Assembly: GCF_964355755.1 (NCBI RefSeq) | Contig: NC_092676.1 | Span: 10,827,888-10,891,887 of the forward strand | Direction: 5' to 3' | Source of the DNA: Antedon mediterranea | Lineage: Eukaryota > Animalia > Echinodermata | Length of the DNA stretch: 64,000 nucleotides | Shown here: positions 1-12,539 of the stretch, piece after piece | How positions within the stretch are numbered: position 1 is the stretch's first letter | Layout: each line of letters opens with the position of its first letter | The notes under the pieces: generated by a model | The model's input: the letters and a program-made list of their open reading frames with translations, nothing else | Database searches by the model: none | What the model was told of the DNA's origin: nothing | Made by a program: the position numbers and the translations under genes

Positions 1-382
1 AGTTTCAAACTCACAATAATGTTTATATTTGCTCTAATAAACAAGTTTGTTGAAGAATGGCGGGAAAGGTTATTTCTGGGTTTTTGACCTCTGACCTCTT
101 AATGTTATATCTCAATAACTGCTGGTCATACAGCAAAATTGATCTTAAATTGTTTTTATAAGGTCTGTTTTTCTATTTTGCTCAAGTATTAACAAATCAC
201 AATACATACTTGGTACACTATTATTTTATTTGTGATTTGATGAAAAAAATGTATTTTTATTTATATAAATAGGTAATTTTGACCCTTGACCTTGTATTAT
301 CATATCTTAATTACGAATGCCCATTCATCTTTCAAAATAGTGCCAAATTGTTCGTAACATGTATATTTCTATTTGTCCTAAT

Positions 383-670
383 GGATCATTTTGCAGTAAA
401 TGTCATTAAACTAACGTAATAAATTGGACTTCACATAAAATTATTAACAGAGAATCAGACACCTACAGCAGACTCATAAAAGAGGCAATTTGGATACGAA
501 GAAAACAAAACACCATCAACCGAAAAGAAGGCGCACACCAACTGAGTTACATATACAGTATGACCCTGTAATTAGACAGACCTGGCCCTCTAGAGGTCAG
601 TCAGTCTAATTGCAGTAGTCATTCTTCTAAAAAAGTTGTTAGTGAAAGGAACAATGAAACCGTCAAGAAA
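383..670 (+). mobile_element. Penelope-like element 3' remnant (GIY-YIG C-terminus plus decayed hammerhead-like motif)
   Basis: NWTSHKIINRESDTYSRLIKEAIWIRRKQNTINRKEGAHQLSYIY resembles PLE endonuclease C-termini; followed by ctaaaaaag-ttgtt...aacaat-gaaac. Confidence 0.75.
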
Positions 671-3651
671 GGTATTTACCATCATGGTCTCTACATAAAA
701 TGTAGCTTTCTGGTTCGCTAAAGTTTACTATGCTTATAGAAGAAAAAACAAATAGAAATAACATGCATATTCTACTTTTCCAAATAAGCAATTAAAAGTT
801 TAAACAAAAACCTCTTGTCCGGCAGACAATGGGCTCTTTTCTTCTTTAACTACAGTTTTTCATCAAACTTTTGATGGACAATATTATTATGTGACATTAA
901 ATGGCATATTCAATAAAAAAATTGTTTTAAAATTATTTTTAAGAGGGATAATATTTTAATTACATAGGCCTAGGTAAATGTACCTTAAGATTTAAGCTAG
1001 AAAATAAGCAAATAATAGAAGAAAACAATTTTTATTATTATTTATTAGTTTTACATTCAATTGTATAATATTTAGGATATACAGCAGGTCTCAATCCAAT
1101 TACCGACCACTTTTCGAACCCGTATTTTAGTGGTTGTAGCTTCCGTCTCCGATTTGATTCCTCCAACTAAAGATCGGCGCTAGAAATGGTCAATTAAACC
1201 ATAATGGTAATTTTGCTCCCTAATGGTAGAGGGTAAAATGTAATCAGGTTGGTTTGTCAATCTTTTTTTCATTGTGTGTATGTTGTATATTGTTTGATTT
1301 TCTTCTAACTTTCAGAGGCTGTTCTACCCTAAAAATGCATTAATTTTAAAAGTTTATTTTAATGTGGTCTTTAGTTGAGAGAAAAATTGATAAAAAAGTA
1401 TCCCCAAACCATGGTCTAATTAGGATTAGTTTTAAATTGCAATAACAATTGATTAATTGACAACAACAATATATTGCTGAACAATTCTGTTTTAATTTCA
1501 TCACAATCGGACTATAAAAACTTTACTTTCTTACGACCGATAATTTTAAGTAGTTGGTAATATTAATAAAATATGCAATTTTTATATTTGAATTATCATA
1601 TTGGCTTGCCACCTCCTGCCATTAAAAATCGTGTTAATCTATAGAATATTAAATTATGCATTTGACCATGTATGTTGTTGGGGTGTTAGTACAACAAACA
1701 TGTTTTTAATATATGACTAAGCAGTGTTTTCTTCATATTTCTTCATATTTAAATTGTAGTGCCTGGTGATTGGTTAGTGGTTATGTCATCCACATCACAT
1801 CCAATCACCGGGCCTAATTGAATGAAAACTGTGATCCTTGACTCAGGGTTTGGCTGGCTATGTATAGTTGCAATACGTCACCACTGACTCTACTACTCTC
1901 TAGCTCTCGTTTCGTTTTAAAAAAGAAGACGCAAGGCGAACTCAACCATAAACAAAAGAAGCATAAAAGTATAGCTACTACACTTAATGAATAGGCCTAT
2001 ACCTGCAGGCCTATATCAATGTCGGCAAATCATAGGGTTTACTAGTAAGCCTAGAAGGCCTGGTCCTAGTATCCTTGCTGATTTTTTTTAAAATTTACAT
2101 GTAGGCTGAATAACAACTAGTTGTTGCCTCAGATGTATGGCTATACTACAGGTCATAAAAACATTAGCATAGATCAATCACGGAAGATTTCCAACATGGC
2201 AAAATTAATGTTTTTTTAAACCCAAAGATTACTACAAACAATTTGTATTTAATTTTGTTATTACATTTATTAATAATATTGTAATATTTCTGGGAGATCG
2301 TTTAATTTGAATTCAGAAAAGTTATATTAAATTCGTCGCATAAAGTTGTGTTCGTTGCCATAGCAGCTAGCGCTAAAATATAAAATATTAATCATCCCAC
2401 CAAGATAAGAGCACGCGAAAGCATAGCCAACAAGTTTAAAGGTTGTTGAGAATGTGGAGTAAACAATATATTAGGCACGCGACCATTTCTTTGTTAACGA
2501 CGGTTAATTAAACTGTGTTTATTTTTTAACATTGAGGGTGGTCCGCGCTCTGTCGGTTAGAGTCATGGAAGCTTTGATCTCAAACTGATGCATATCCTTA
2601 ATCCTTCTTGAAAACAATTATGACTTAAATAACAAAGAATTTATGCTAATAGATGATTTAAATTGTGATCTATACTTACAAATAATCCTACTTGCTATAC
2701 TAAAAATTAATTGGAATAAACTAAAAATAATAATTTTTTAACCCAACTAATAACAACACCAACAAGAATCCTACAAGAAAGCAACTTTATATAGATCATT
2801 TTTACACATCAGATCCTGATAAAGTATCAAAACCAGGTGTTTTACATACAGGAATGTGTGATCACTAAGCAATTTATGTGTAAAGATAAGAAACCTATGA
2901 GTAAACATAAATATGTTAACAACAGAAACTATAAACATTTTAATGAAAATGCTATCAAAATTGATATGCAAAATGTCAATTGAGCTGACATAGATATTCA
3001 AATGCTGATACTGCACTTAATTTCTTTGAAAAAAACATTTTTAGATATTGCTAACAAACATGCCCCTATGAAGAAAAAACTAGCCCATGGATAACTGATG
3101 ACCTCATATCTACTAATGAAAAAGCGTGATAAGAAAAAAGCTAATATTAGGAAAATACCCATAATTTATGGAATGTGTTTAAAAAACTAAGAAACAACGT
3201 AAATCAAAATAAAAAGTGTAAGACAGAGTATTTCTCAAATCAATTAAAAACCAAGGACTCTAAAAACATTTGGGAAACATTAGGTATATTGTCCCATCTA
3301 AAAGTAAAAACAATCAAATACCTGCACTTAATACTAAAAATGGTCTTTAATCAGACCTCAAAACTACTGCTAACGAAATGAACAATTATTTTGCAAATGT
3401 AGGACGAAATTTAGCTAAAGAATTTAAAAATATTGAAAATCCTAATGACAGTAATATTCCAGGTTCAAATATAAACAATACATTTAATTTTAAGAAGTAG
3501 ATTACCAGTATATATAATCAATTCAAGTTAACACTTATTTCTTTCAAAACAACAATAAAAAAGAACATTTCTTTTAATTTACAAATATTTTATGAAAATA
3601 AAACAGACTAGAAAAGAAAGAAGTGTCTTAAAAAATGGTAGTTAGTTAGTT

Positions 3652-4037
3652 AGTTGAGTGAGTGGCCGAGCGGTTAAGACAGTGGAACCGTAATCACGTA
3701 GCCATAACATCGGCAGGGGTTCGAGGCTCACTCACTCCATGGTTCTGGTGGTAGAACGAGTCTTCTCGGATAAGGACTAGGCCTATAAACCGTAGGTCCA
3801 GTGTACACAACTTGCTCGTGTGCACTTTAAAGAACCTAGTACATCTTTCGAGACGAGTAGGGGGTTTACACAACTTGCTCGTGTGCACTTTAAAGAACCT
3901 AGTACATCTTTCGAGACGAGTAGGGGGTTACCCCGGTGTATTAGTACATCACAGCCACTGATCACCAACTGGGCCCTCTGGGAGATCAGTCTTTGACTGA
4001 AGAGGTCACCTCGTATAAAGATAAAACAAACAAACAC
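3652..4037 (+). mobile_element. tRNA-derived Deu-domain SINE with an internal ~62-bp tandem duplication
   Basis: A box TGGCCGAGCGG, B box GGTTCGAG; Deu-like core TCGGATAAGGAC..TAAACCG..GGTCC...TTAAAGAACC...GAGTAGGGGGTTACCCCGGTGT; (AAAC)n tail. Confidence 0.8.
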
Positions 4038-4540
4038 ATTTCTTTGAGTTTTGAAGTCCCAAAAAGTAAAAAACCAACTAGAAACTAGTATTTCATATGC
4101 AGTAACCAAATCAAATAAATTTCTGCTAAATTATTAAAACTTGCAATAAATTCAATTATATCTCCAATAACTTTTATAATAAATATGTCTTTAATTTCTG
4201 GAGAATTGCCTAATCATTTAAAAAATGAAAGTATATAATGTTCAATTTTTTAAAATGGTAAAAGAAAAGAATAATGTAATTATCGACCAATTTTAATTTT
4301 GCCCATTATATCTAAACTTCTTGAACGTGCTGTTTTTGATCAGCTTTACCCATTTATTGAGCCTTTATTCTATGAACAACAATCTGGTTTCCAGCCTATT
4401 TTCTCTACATCAGCTTTATTAAACATTACTGAGGACTGGATTGATGAAATTGACAGTGGTAATTTTGTAGGATTAGTATGTTTAGATATGTATATCTCAA
4501 AAAAGCTTTTGACACAGTTGATCATGACATGACATGATAA

Positions 4541-7451
4541 TTAGGTGATCATTTAAAATAAAATGATCACCTATTGTTATTGTATGAAATCTTTATTGGT
4601 TATCCGCAACGAAGTTGCAGGATAACCTCTTGTGATTGTACGAAATCATCTTTTTTTTCATCTTCTTTCTTTCTGTATGATTTTTGTGTAACGCTTTTCT
4701 CTAAAACTTGCAAACATAACATTTTGTTAACTATGTTAACATTTTGACATTCACGTAACGTCGTCAAGCGAAGCTTTTCATGATGTTTACAATTGCGCAA
4801 CGCGACGTACGCGCGATTTAACGATTTTCTCGTATTTAACATATGTCGAAAACCAAACAACATTTTAAAATGAAACTTTGCAAAAGTTTAATTTATATCA
4901 TGCGCTAACTGTCTGTTGAAAAAAAATTGCGTGTTTTACACAAAGTTACGCGCGTACGCGCATTTAAAATTTCAAAATGCGCAAAATTAATTTCTAATCA
5001 ACTTTCTACGCGTTTCATGTCGTTTTGAGAATGTCAAAAATTCCCACGCGTGCGCACATTTTTACGTGTACGGTGCGCACGTAGCATTGAAAACGTATTT
5101 TTTTCGCGTGATTTATGTTTTTTCAGCCTTTTCTAGTAATTTTACCAAATTTTAAATAATTTCGACTTAAAGATACGTCATACGAGCACGTCGAATTGGA
5201 CAATTTGCGCGCGTTTTTTATGAAAAGGTTAAAAAATTCGTTTAAAATATGCCTTTTTTTAAACAGTCGTAATTTCTAAACTAGACGGTCAAATTTTTGT
5301 GGATGACATATTCTGGAAGTAGATGAGTTGCAGATATCGGATCAGGTATTAATATGGGTAACCGGACATTATGACGTCATCGTATGGCCACGCGAACATA
5401 AAATTTAGGATTTTTGTATCTTTCGTCATAGCTCATCACATTGAATAGAGCGCATCTCCACTTATCCGTTTTCCATTTTCACCCCGATTTTGATATTGTC
5501 TAGGTCAATCAAGTATCTTTCGCATGAGTTAAAAATATTTTATTTGACGTCATCGTGCCTAAAAATTTAAATCACGTGTGCCATTAATTTCATCTTTACA
5601 GTAAATTTTAATCTGTTATAGCTCGTAAGAATAAAATGTGATAATCACGATTAAAACTTTGTCTGGAAGCTATTGGATTGTAGATACGAAATTATGTAAA
5701 AATTTTGCCAATCGGATGTTGTGACGTCATCATATGGCCAGTTAAATAAAAAAGGTCGTATTTTCATCTTTTGCGTCATAATTCATTACATTTAAAAGAG
5801 CGCGCATCAATATTTCACGTATTCAAATTTCTTCTACACGCTAATACGTTGTTGCTGAGATAATTTCCTTTCGGAATTGCTACCTTCGCGTTTCATTTTA
5901 AAACCGTCAACATGTTAAAAAATTGCAATAAATAGCGGGTCCCGTAATTTCACCTATTCTACACTGTATGTGATATGGATACAGATTATACTGTGTATAC
6001 TATATATGAATTTAAATAATAAAATTCAGCAATAACAACATATCATATTCTTCAGTTCAGGTCATAATGCCAACGTGAACACTTCCTTTTGTCCTCAACC
6101 TATCCCCTTAATGTTAATGTTGCACCACTTGCGCGGCGGATAACCAAACTCGTCAAAGTGACGAGTTACATGTCTAGTTCTTCTTCTTTTTTCTGTACAC
6201 TATCTTGTGTAACAATTATCTCAAAAAGTTAAATGTCAATGATCACAAAAATTTCACAATATCTTTCAAATACTCTAACTTAATCCTAATAAGCTTTTCA
6301 GCATGATCACTCAACCGTGACGTCATTTATACGCCATTTTGTGAAATCACATTATCAATCATATCTCCATAATTCATTATCACATATTATTGAAATTCAC
6401 TACACGTAAACTTTAGGTCAAGGGTAAAAATATTAGCAAGTAAAAACGTACGTGTGCGTGAAATTGTATGTTAAAAATTTTAAAAGCTCAAAATTAAGTT
6501 TTAATCAATTTAGAGCATGAATTAGGCCATTTGCGTATTTCAAAAAATAAAAAAATTTTGCGCGTGCGATACTTAAAAAGCGTAAAAAAATACGATTTGT
6601 TTTTTAAAATCGCATTCTACTCACTCTTAGTACATTCACTACATTTGAGTCAGTTCCGACTTAAAATAATGCTATACGAGCAGGTTAAAAATGACAAAAT
6701 GCGCAAATTAATTGCATTAAAGTGCTGAAAATGGTGAAAAATAAGGCATTTTTAAAATGAAAATAATTCTTCAGAATGCACGATGACCCACAATTCTTTT
6801 TAACGTATTCTGGAAGCCATTGAGTTGTAGATATGAATTCATATACACATTTTACGTACAAAATGTTGTGAGGTCATCAAATGGCCACTTGAATTTAAAA
6901 TTAGGTTTTTTTTTCTTTTGTCATATTTTATCACATTCAATAGAACGCATCTCTGTTATTTTGTGCCCGATTTTCGCTCAAATTTTAGTATGTGATTGCT
7001 CTATTAATTGACTTTCTCATGACTGTCACTATTTTTATTTTGTAAGTAACGTAGGTCGTGTAATTTTACCTTCGCCGTTTTGAATATAATTACAACTCTT
7101 CAGAATTGAAGGTTATCTTGATGATTTTAATTTATTATGAAAGCTGATGAAATGTAGATATAAATTCATATAAAAATCAAGCCTATATCGGATGTTGTGA
7201 CGTTAACATATGGCCAGTTGAAGTTAAAAAGCAGTGCACGATTACCCACAATTTCATGAATTATGAATTCATGTACACATTTTACGTACAAAATGTCGTG
7301 AGGTCATCAAATGGCCACTTGAATTTAAAATTAGGTTTTTTTCTCTTTCGTCATATTTTATCACATTCAATAAAACGCATCTCTGTTATTTGTGCCTGAT
7401 TTTCGTTCAAATTTTAGTATGTGACTATGATTAATAGACGTGATTACTAGT
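4541..7451 (+). mobile_element. Older Helentron-type non-autonomous element (HINE-A), host of HINE-B
   Basis: 5' hairpin TAGGTGATCATT...AATGATCACCTA, TTC-rich tract, internal ~170-bp duplicate (6830-7000 / 7262-7425), ends ACTAGT; splits the LINE RT. Confidence 0.55.
4597..6178 (+). mobile_element. Helentron-type HINE-B copy 1
   Basis: subTIR TGGTTATCCGC with nearby partial IR GGATAACC; 3' subTIR GCGGATAACCA, hairpin AACTCGTC-aaagt-GACGAGTT, CTAGT; T|T target with no TSD; near-identical inverted copy at 59067-60664. Confidence 0.85.
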
Positions 7452-8788
7452 ATTTGTGGTGACAAGAATCAATTCTTGGACCGCTACTTTTCATACTCTA
7501 CATTAATAACCACCCAAACTGTGTCAATCTTTGTAAAACAATGCTGATGACACAGCTATCCATTGCTCAGCAAATAACATTCTACATTATTACTGATGTA
7601 AAAGATAACCTAAATTCTGACCTAATAAATGTTCAAAACTGGCTCATAACAAATAAATTAACTTTAAAGTTAAATGAACGTTAACAAAACAGAATATATG
7701 GTTATATAGGAACGCACACAAAATTAGCTAAAATAAATCGTTCTAAATTAAATGTCAACAAATAGCACACAAATAAACTGTGTTGATCACTGTAAACACT
7801 TGGGTGTAGTCATAGACAAAACCCAAACTTAGAATAAACAAAAATTGATTGTAATAAACAGAGTTCTTGCTCATGGTCTCTTTTACCTGAAGAAAAGCAA
7901 TTATTTTTTACCACAAAGCATACATGTATAAATCAAAAATTGCTCCCCATTATTGAAATGTAATATGATATATAATATATACACTAAACTGGATCAATCT
8001 CAATACTATAAATTATATCAAAATGAAGCTCTATCCATGTATAAAATTATGAATTCACAAATGCCACAGCTTATTTAAGAAACTTATTCAAAGAACGAAA
8101 TATAAATTACAATACTAGGTGTACTGACATTCTTGAAGTTCCTAAACCAAACACTGAATATAAAAAATTATTATTATTATTGATAATTAAAAATATTGAA
8201 ACAGTATACAATTTAAAAATTTAGATTGTATGTTCGAATTTGTTGAAATGTATAAAATAAAGTCTTTAAATGCCAAACAACCACAATGCAGTGTCAGAAA
8301 TATATTAGTCATTTTAGAAGAAAATTCTCTATTAAGACATATAAAAATGCATATTATGAACAATTTGAGACCAAAATGAAAATTCTATGACGAGTAGTTA
8401 TCAAGATATTATGATCACGGTCATGGTTAAAAGGTCAAAATTGGTACTTCTCGTTTGATGAAACTTGTCATTTGAGTAAATATAAATATGTATATTATGA
8501 TCAATTTGAGAGCATATTTGAGTTTCTAGAGTAAGTGATTGTCGAGATATTTGATATAGGCAGCCATTTTGAAAAAGCGCCTCCATTCAGTAAAAAACGC
8601 ATCTAAACGTTGGGCACCAAGTTGAAATTAGTTTCTTATGATGTCATTGACCACATGAAAGTGAAAAATCAAACTTGTCGAAATTTCATAAAGAAAAATA
8701 CAAATGCTGGCTTACTATTACCATTTTTTATTTGTTTTATTACTTTCAATTAGATGAAATGATTTATTTGTATTAACAATTAACTTAC

Positions 8789-8900
8789 TTCTCTAGCTGC
8801 TCTCTCACCAGACTCCACAGCACCATCCATATAACCTGCCCACTTACTAGCAGTTTCTGTTCCCCCAAAATGAATGCAACCAACTGGTTTACGAAGCTCC
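8789..8900 (-). CDS. MAO: MAO exon 13 equivalent (112 nt)
   Basis: (R)[37 protein letters not shown]; cag/gtaagt; second cage Tyr in GYM. Confidence 0.95.
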
Positions 8901-9341
8901 CTGTTGAGATTTTCGAATCATGCATATATTATAAATACACTGGCAGATAACTATACAGTATGATGCCATCTGCAAAAACTACATTCACATACACTGAGTT
9001 TAGTTTTGCAATTATTGTTTAGTGTTTTTTTTTTTGTCAATTCTATGTCCAGGTGATGACCTTTGTTTCTGTTTATCACACAGACAACCTTATTTGAACA
9101 CATCATTGCAAAATACTAAAATAGATTTTAGAAAGCGACAAAGGCTTTCAAGTCCTAGTCATGATGGTTCATTAACCTGCATGTAGATGTATTTTAAGAT
9201 GTTTCAAATATGGTATCACAACTTTTATGAATTTTATGGCTCTAATAATGTATGTCTACACCAATAGTTTTTTTTAAATCTAGTTAAGTTATATATTTAA
9301 TAATCAACAAAAATAAATTTAAATTCTTTTTTTAATCCCAC

Positions 9342-9439
9342 CGTCCATATCTGTACAAAGTTCCCGGGTGGAACACAGTTGTGTAGCAACCGCCAACATA
9401 AGGCTCTTCCATCCAATTCTTTTCAACATAGTATACAGG
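9342..9439 (-). CDS. MAO: MAO exon 12 equivalent (98 nt) with covalent-FAD motif
   Basis: [32 protein letters not shown](R); GGCY contains the 8alpha-S-cysteinyl-FAD Cys and an aromatic-cage Tyr. Confidence 0.95.
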
Positions 9440-9538
9440 CTTTGAAGAAATGGGGAAAAATATATTTAGAATCTTCTAATTATTAGAACATAAAATGCTT
9501 ATATTTTCTTCATGTTTCATTGTCAATTGTACACTTAC

Positions 9539-9596
9539 ATATAGGGCCTCGCTAGAGTCAAATGCCTTTGCAAAATACTGGCAGATTTTGTTTATT
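9539..9596 (-). CDS. MAO: MAO exon 11 equivalent (58 nt)
   Basis: (R)INKICQYFAKAFDSSEALY; ttttacag/gtaagt; phase fits both neighbours. Confidence 0.92.
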
Positions 9597-10080
9597 CTGT
9601 AAAATAAAAGTATTTTAATATTTCATTTACAAAAAAATACTTAAAACTACAAAGCAAATATTAGGCCCTACTAATTGTATCAAGTCAAAAACTTTTATTG
9701 AAAGTTTATTATTTATTTATTTATTTATAAAATAAAGATCTTTTTTAGATTTTGAGATCTTTGTTAAATCTTAAGATCTTTGTAAGATATGGAGATTTTT
9801 TTAAGGAGATCTTTGTAAGATATTGCAGGTATCTTTGTGAGATATCGAGATCTTTGTAATTATTATTTTGCATACGCAATATTAAAAAAAATAATGGCAT
9901 CAAATAATAGCAACCTGCAATGAAATATAAAGTAAAACATTAATCAGGTAGCAGGTAGCAGGTTTGGAATTGGAAGGATTAAAATAACAAAACCAAAAAA
10001 ATACCATCAAACTTTGTTTAACAAAAAAACGCAGCTCGCTTGTTGACTAACAGTTTTAAATATACTATATATATTTTTTA

Positions 10081-10111
10081 CTGATGAAGGGCTAGTGTTG
10101 GCCGAAAGCTC
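10081..10111 (+). ncRNA. Minimal type-I hammerhead ribozyme-like motif (Penelope type), probably decayed
   Basis: CTGATGA-AG-GGCTA-gtgt-TGGCC-GAAA-GCTC; core and stem II present, stem I weak. Confidence 0.5.
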
Positions 10112-11411
10112 TGCTGAAACTTTTCTTCTTTTTTTAAAAGTAAAGTTACTAATTGGTAATCTGAATACTGTATATGTAATGCTTGCTTGTATGTATTGTA
10201 GTGCAAGACTGTAGTCTTCTAAGGCCTACAATCACCTCTGTGATCAAATAGATTATTATACTCTATTAGACATTTGCAGGATCTCTTTGAAGTAAAACAA
10301 CGCTGTTAATTTTCAAGACTGAGCGGAAACTGAGCTGTAGGAACATTTCTCATTGTTTATAATGTGAACCGGTTTTAACAACCACCATACACTTTTTACA
10401 CCACTCACACTGTATTTCTTGGTTAGAGCACACGTTAACATTTTAATAGCAGGAGTAAAACCCCAAAAACCCCACTTCGGTAACGATCCAACATACTCAC
10501 ACTTCGCGGAATAATATCACTTAACATAAACGATGTTATATGACCGTCCAAAGCTTGCACGAGTGGTGTGTAACATGAGCTGCAATGAGTAAACTTGGCA
10601 TGGACATTTTGCTGTGTTAACTAAATAATTCAGTTTATGGACTTTACTTTTATTCCACAAATAATATGATTTTATTTTATGTAAGCTATAATTATTGGTT
10701 TATATGAGATATAACTGTCTGTAAACATTTGGGAAGCATCAGTGCCAATTTTTAAATAATTTATAAATGGGATATAGTTTATATATGATTCGTATACTTT
10801 CCGTATACAGTATTTTTATCATGAATAAACAAAGTATACGTCCGTATGATAAACATATACGACGCCAACTCTTTGTGAAGCAACAGAGTGGAAATAATGT
10901 AAACAGTGAAATCGTATATGATCTGTATTCTTAGTATAATCTTTAAACGAATACGGATCGTATAATGCTTTTTTGCAAAGGGAATTGTAAAAATACCGGC
11001 CTATACAGTAGGTTGACAGCCAAAATAAAGTTTTGATTATTTGACAGTGAATTATTATAATAAGCGGCCTAGGTTGACAGCAAGAACGAAGTCATTATTT
11101 ATTGAAAAAAAGATTTTACAGATTACGGTCTACTTGCATCTATACTGTATATCAGCAAATGTTTTCATAGACTCTCTTCTCCCAGACGTACTTTGGGGTT
11201 TGTAATTTGAGCATGACCCGTCCAAGTTTACAAAATTCCAAAACTGTCAGCCTCTAGAATTATAGCTTCCGCTCGATGAGTAGTCCTCTGGGAATATAGC
11301 TGAATAAAGCCGCAGCGCGAAAACTAGTTAGCAAGCTGTGTGATGGATCAAATGGTCCAATATCTATTTGATTTATGTATGTAAGCAAAGATGAGGTATA
11401 ACTAAGCTTAC

Positions 11412-11465
11412 CTTTGATCCTTAGTTAGTGCACAGAATTCTCTAGCTTTGTTAGCAGTTATGAAC
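11412..11465 (-). CDS. MAO: MAO exon 10 equivalent (54 nt)
   Basis: (T)FITANKAREFCALTKDQ(R), cf. GFILAHKARKLARLTKEER; tag/gtaagc. Confidence 0.92.
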
Positions 11466-12029
11466 CTACCAGAAAAAAATTAAATTAATATTTTCCAAGT
11501 ACAGTAGATAACAATTATGGATGTTATATATATTACACTGAGATATATTTCAAGAGGGATAATAGAAACATAATTTGTGATACTCCAAACATCTGGGTGT
11601 ATTCTTACGAGAACAGTTAGTATTAATAAAAACAGCATAGCCATTAATAATTGTGTAAAAAAAAAGGTCATCGTAAATATAAACCAGTCTTCTTTTAACT
11701 TAGTGCAGATAGCAAAGTCTGCGACTTACTGTATATTGGAAGTTTAAATGTATTAATATGAATGCATTTTGAACATAGAGAACTTGGCAAGAAGTTAAAA
11801 GAGGGGATACTTAGGGAGAAACGGATTTAGTAACAATGACCAAATTGTTAAATCCAATTTTTGCCACCCTCCGTAATAGATCTCAAGATTAATTAAAAAT
11901 ACATCTAAAGAACAAAGAAGAAGAAATACATTTTTGATTTTTATTTATTTTATATTCCAACTATAGAAATTCATGATATGTTAATTTGACATTGTGAAAC
12001 ACAGATGTGTCAGACTAACACTGCAAAAA

Positions 12030-12275
12030 ATGATAAGTTTAGACTGTGGTTTGAAATTTATCTAACCAATAAAAGAAATGAATTGCTCCCAGAAATAAAA
12101 AAAAAAAAAAACCTCATGTCATAATTGCAATTGTTGAAACCTGGTAGAATAAAAAAATTACTGATGGCGAAATAACAATTAAAAAGTATCATACAATTAT
12201 AAAAGATACAAAATTTGAATCAGGAAAAGGTGGTGACATTGTAAATTATTACAAGACATCTTTAAATATCACAAC
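12030..12275 (+). mobile_element. LINE APE-endonuclease N-terminal fragment
   Basis: LTNKRNELL...IIAIVETW...GKGGDIV.YYK remnants. Confidence 0.5.
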
Positions 12276-12539
12276 CTGTGTGTATGGTCGCTAATGTACT
12301 TCATGGGCGTTGTTTGATGACATCCTTGCCTAGGATAACAGTCCATACAACACACTACCATTTTCACTAATATGGCACCAATATCACCGCTGACTAGTAG
12401 TACATGGTCCGTTGTTACACTGGCTAATTTTGGTTTAATCAGGTAAGCTAGGCACAGAATAGACTATACAAACCAGAAATGGTGCATGGTACTGTACATA
12501 GTCTATAAATTACCTGTGAATAAACACTCTCCTAACGTC

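Larger units (their letters stand above)
2560..8260 (+). mobile_element. Decayed L2/CR1-group LINE interrupted by a SINE and HINEs
   Basis: APE remnants (DHFYT, GMCDH), NNYFANVG, NYRPI..LPIISKLLERAVFDQL, QSGF, KAFDTVDH (to ~4525), resuming at ~7460 with SILGPLLF, ADDT; many frameshifts. Confidence 0.85.

Noticed and set aside
680-849. Possible micro-exons LKKKRAHCLPDK and IVNFSEPESYILCRDHD as the MAO C-terminus
   Set aside because: SEPES resembles MAO exon 14, but length, phase and surrounding residues do not match and the splice signals are weak.
3655-3740. tRNA gene
   Set aside because: A and B boxes are present, but there is no clean cloverleaf and it continues into a SINE body and tail.
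4600-4863. ORF shared with 60386..60595
   Set aside because: Chance ORF in the HINE-B terminus; no recognisable domain.
11273-11330. Second hammerhead (CTCGATGAG...GAAACTAGT)
   Set aside because: Core has an insertion and there is no convincing stem II.
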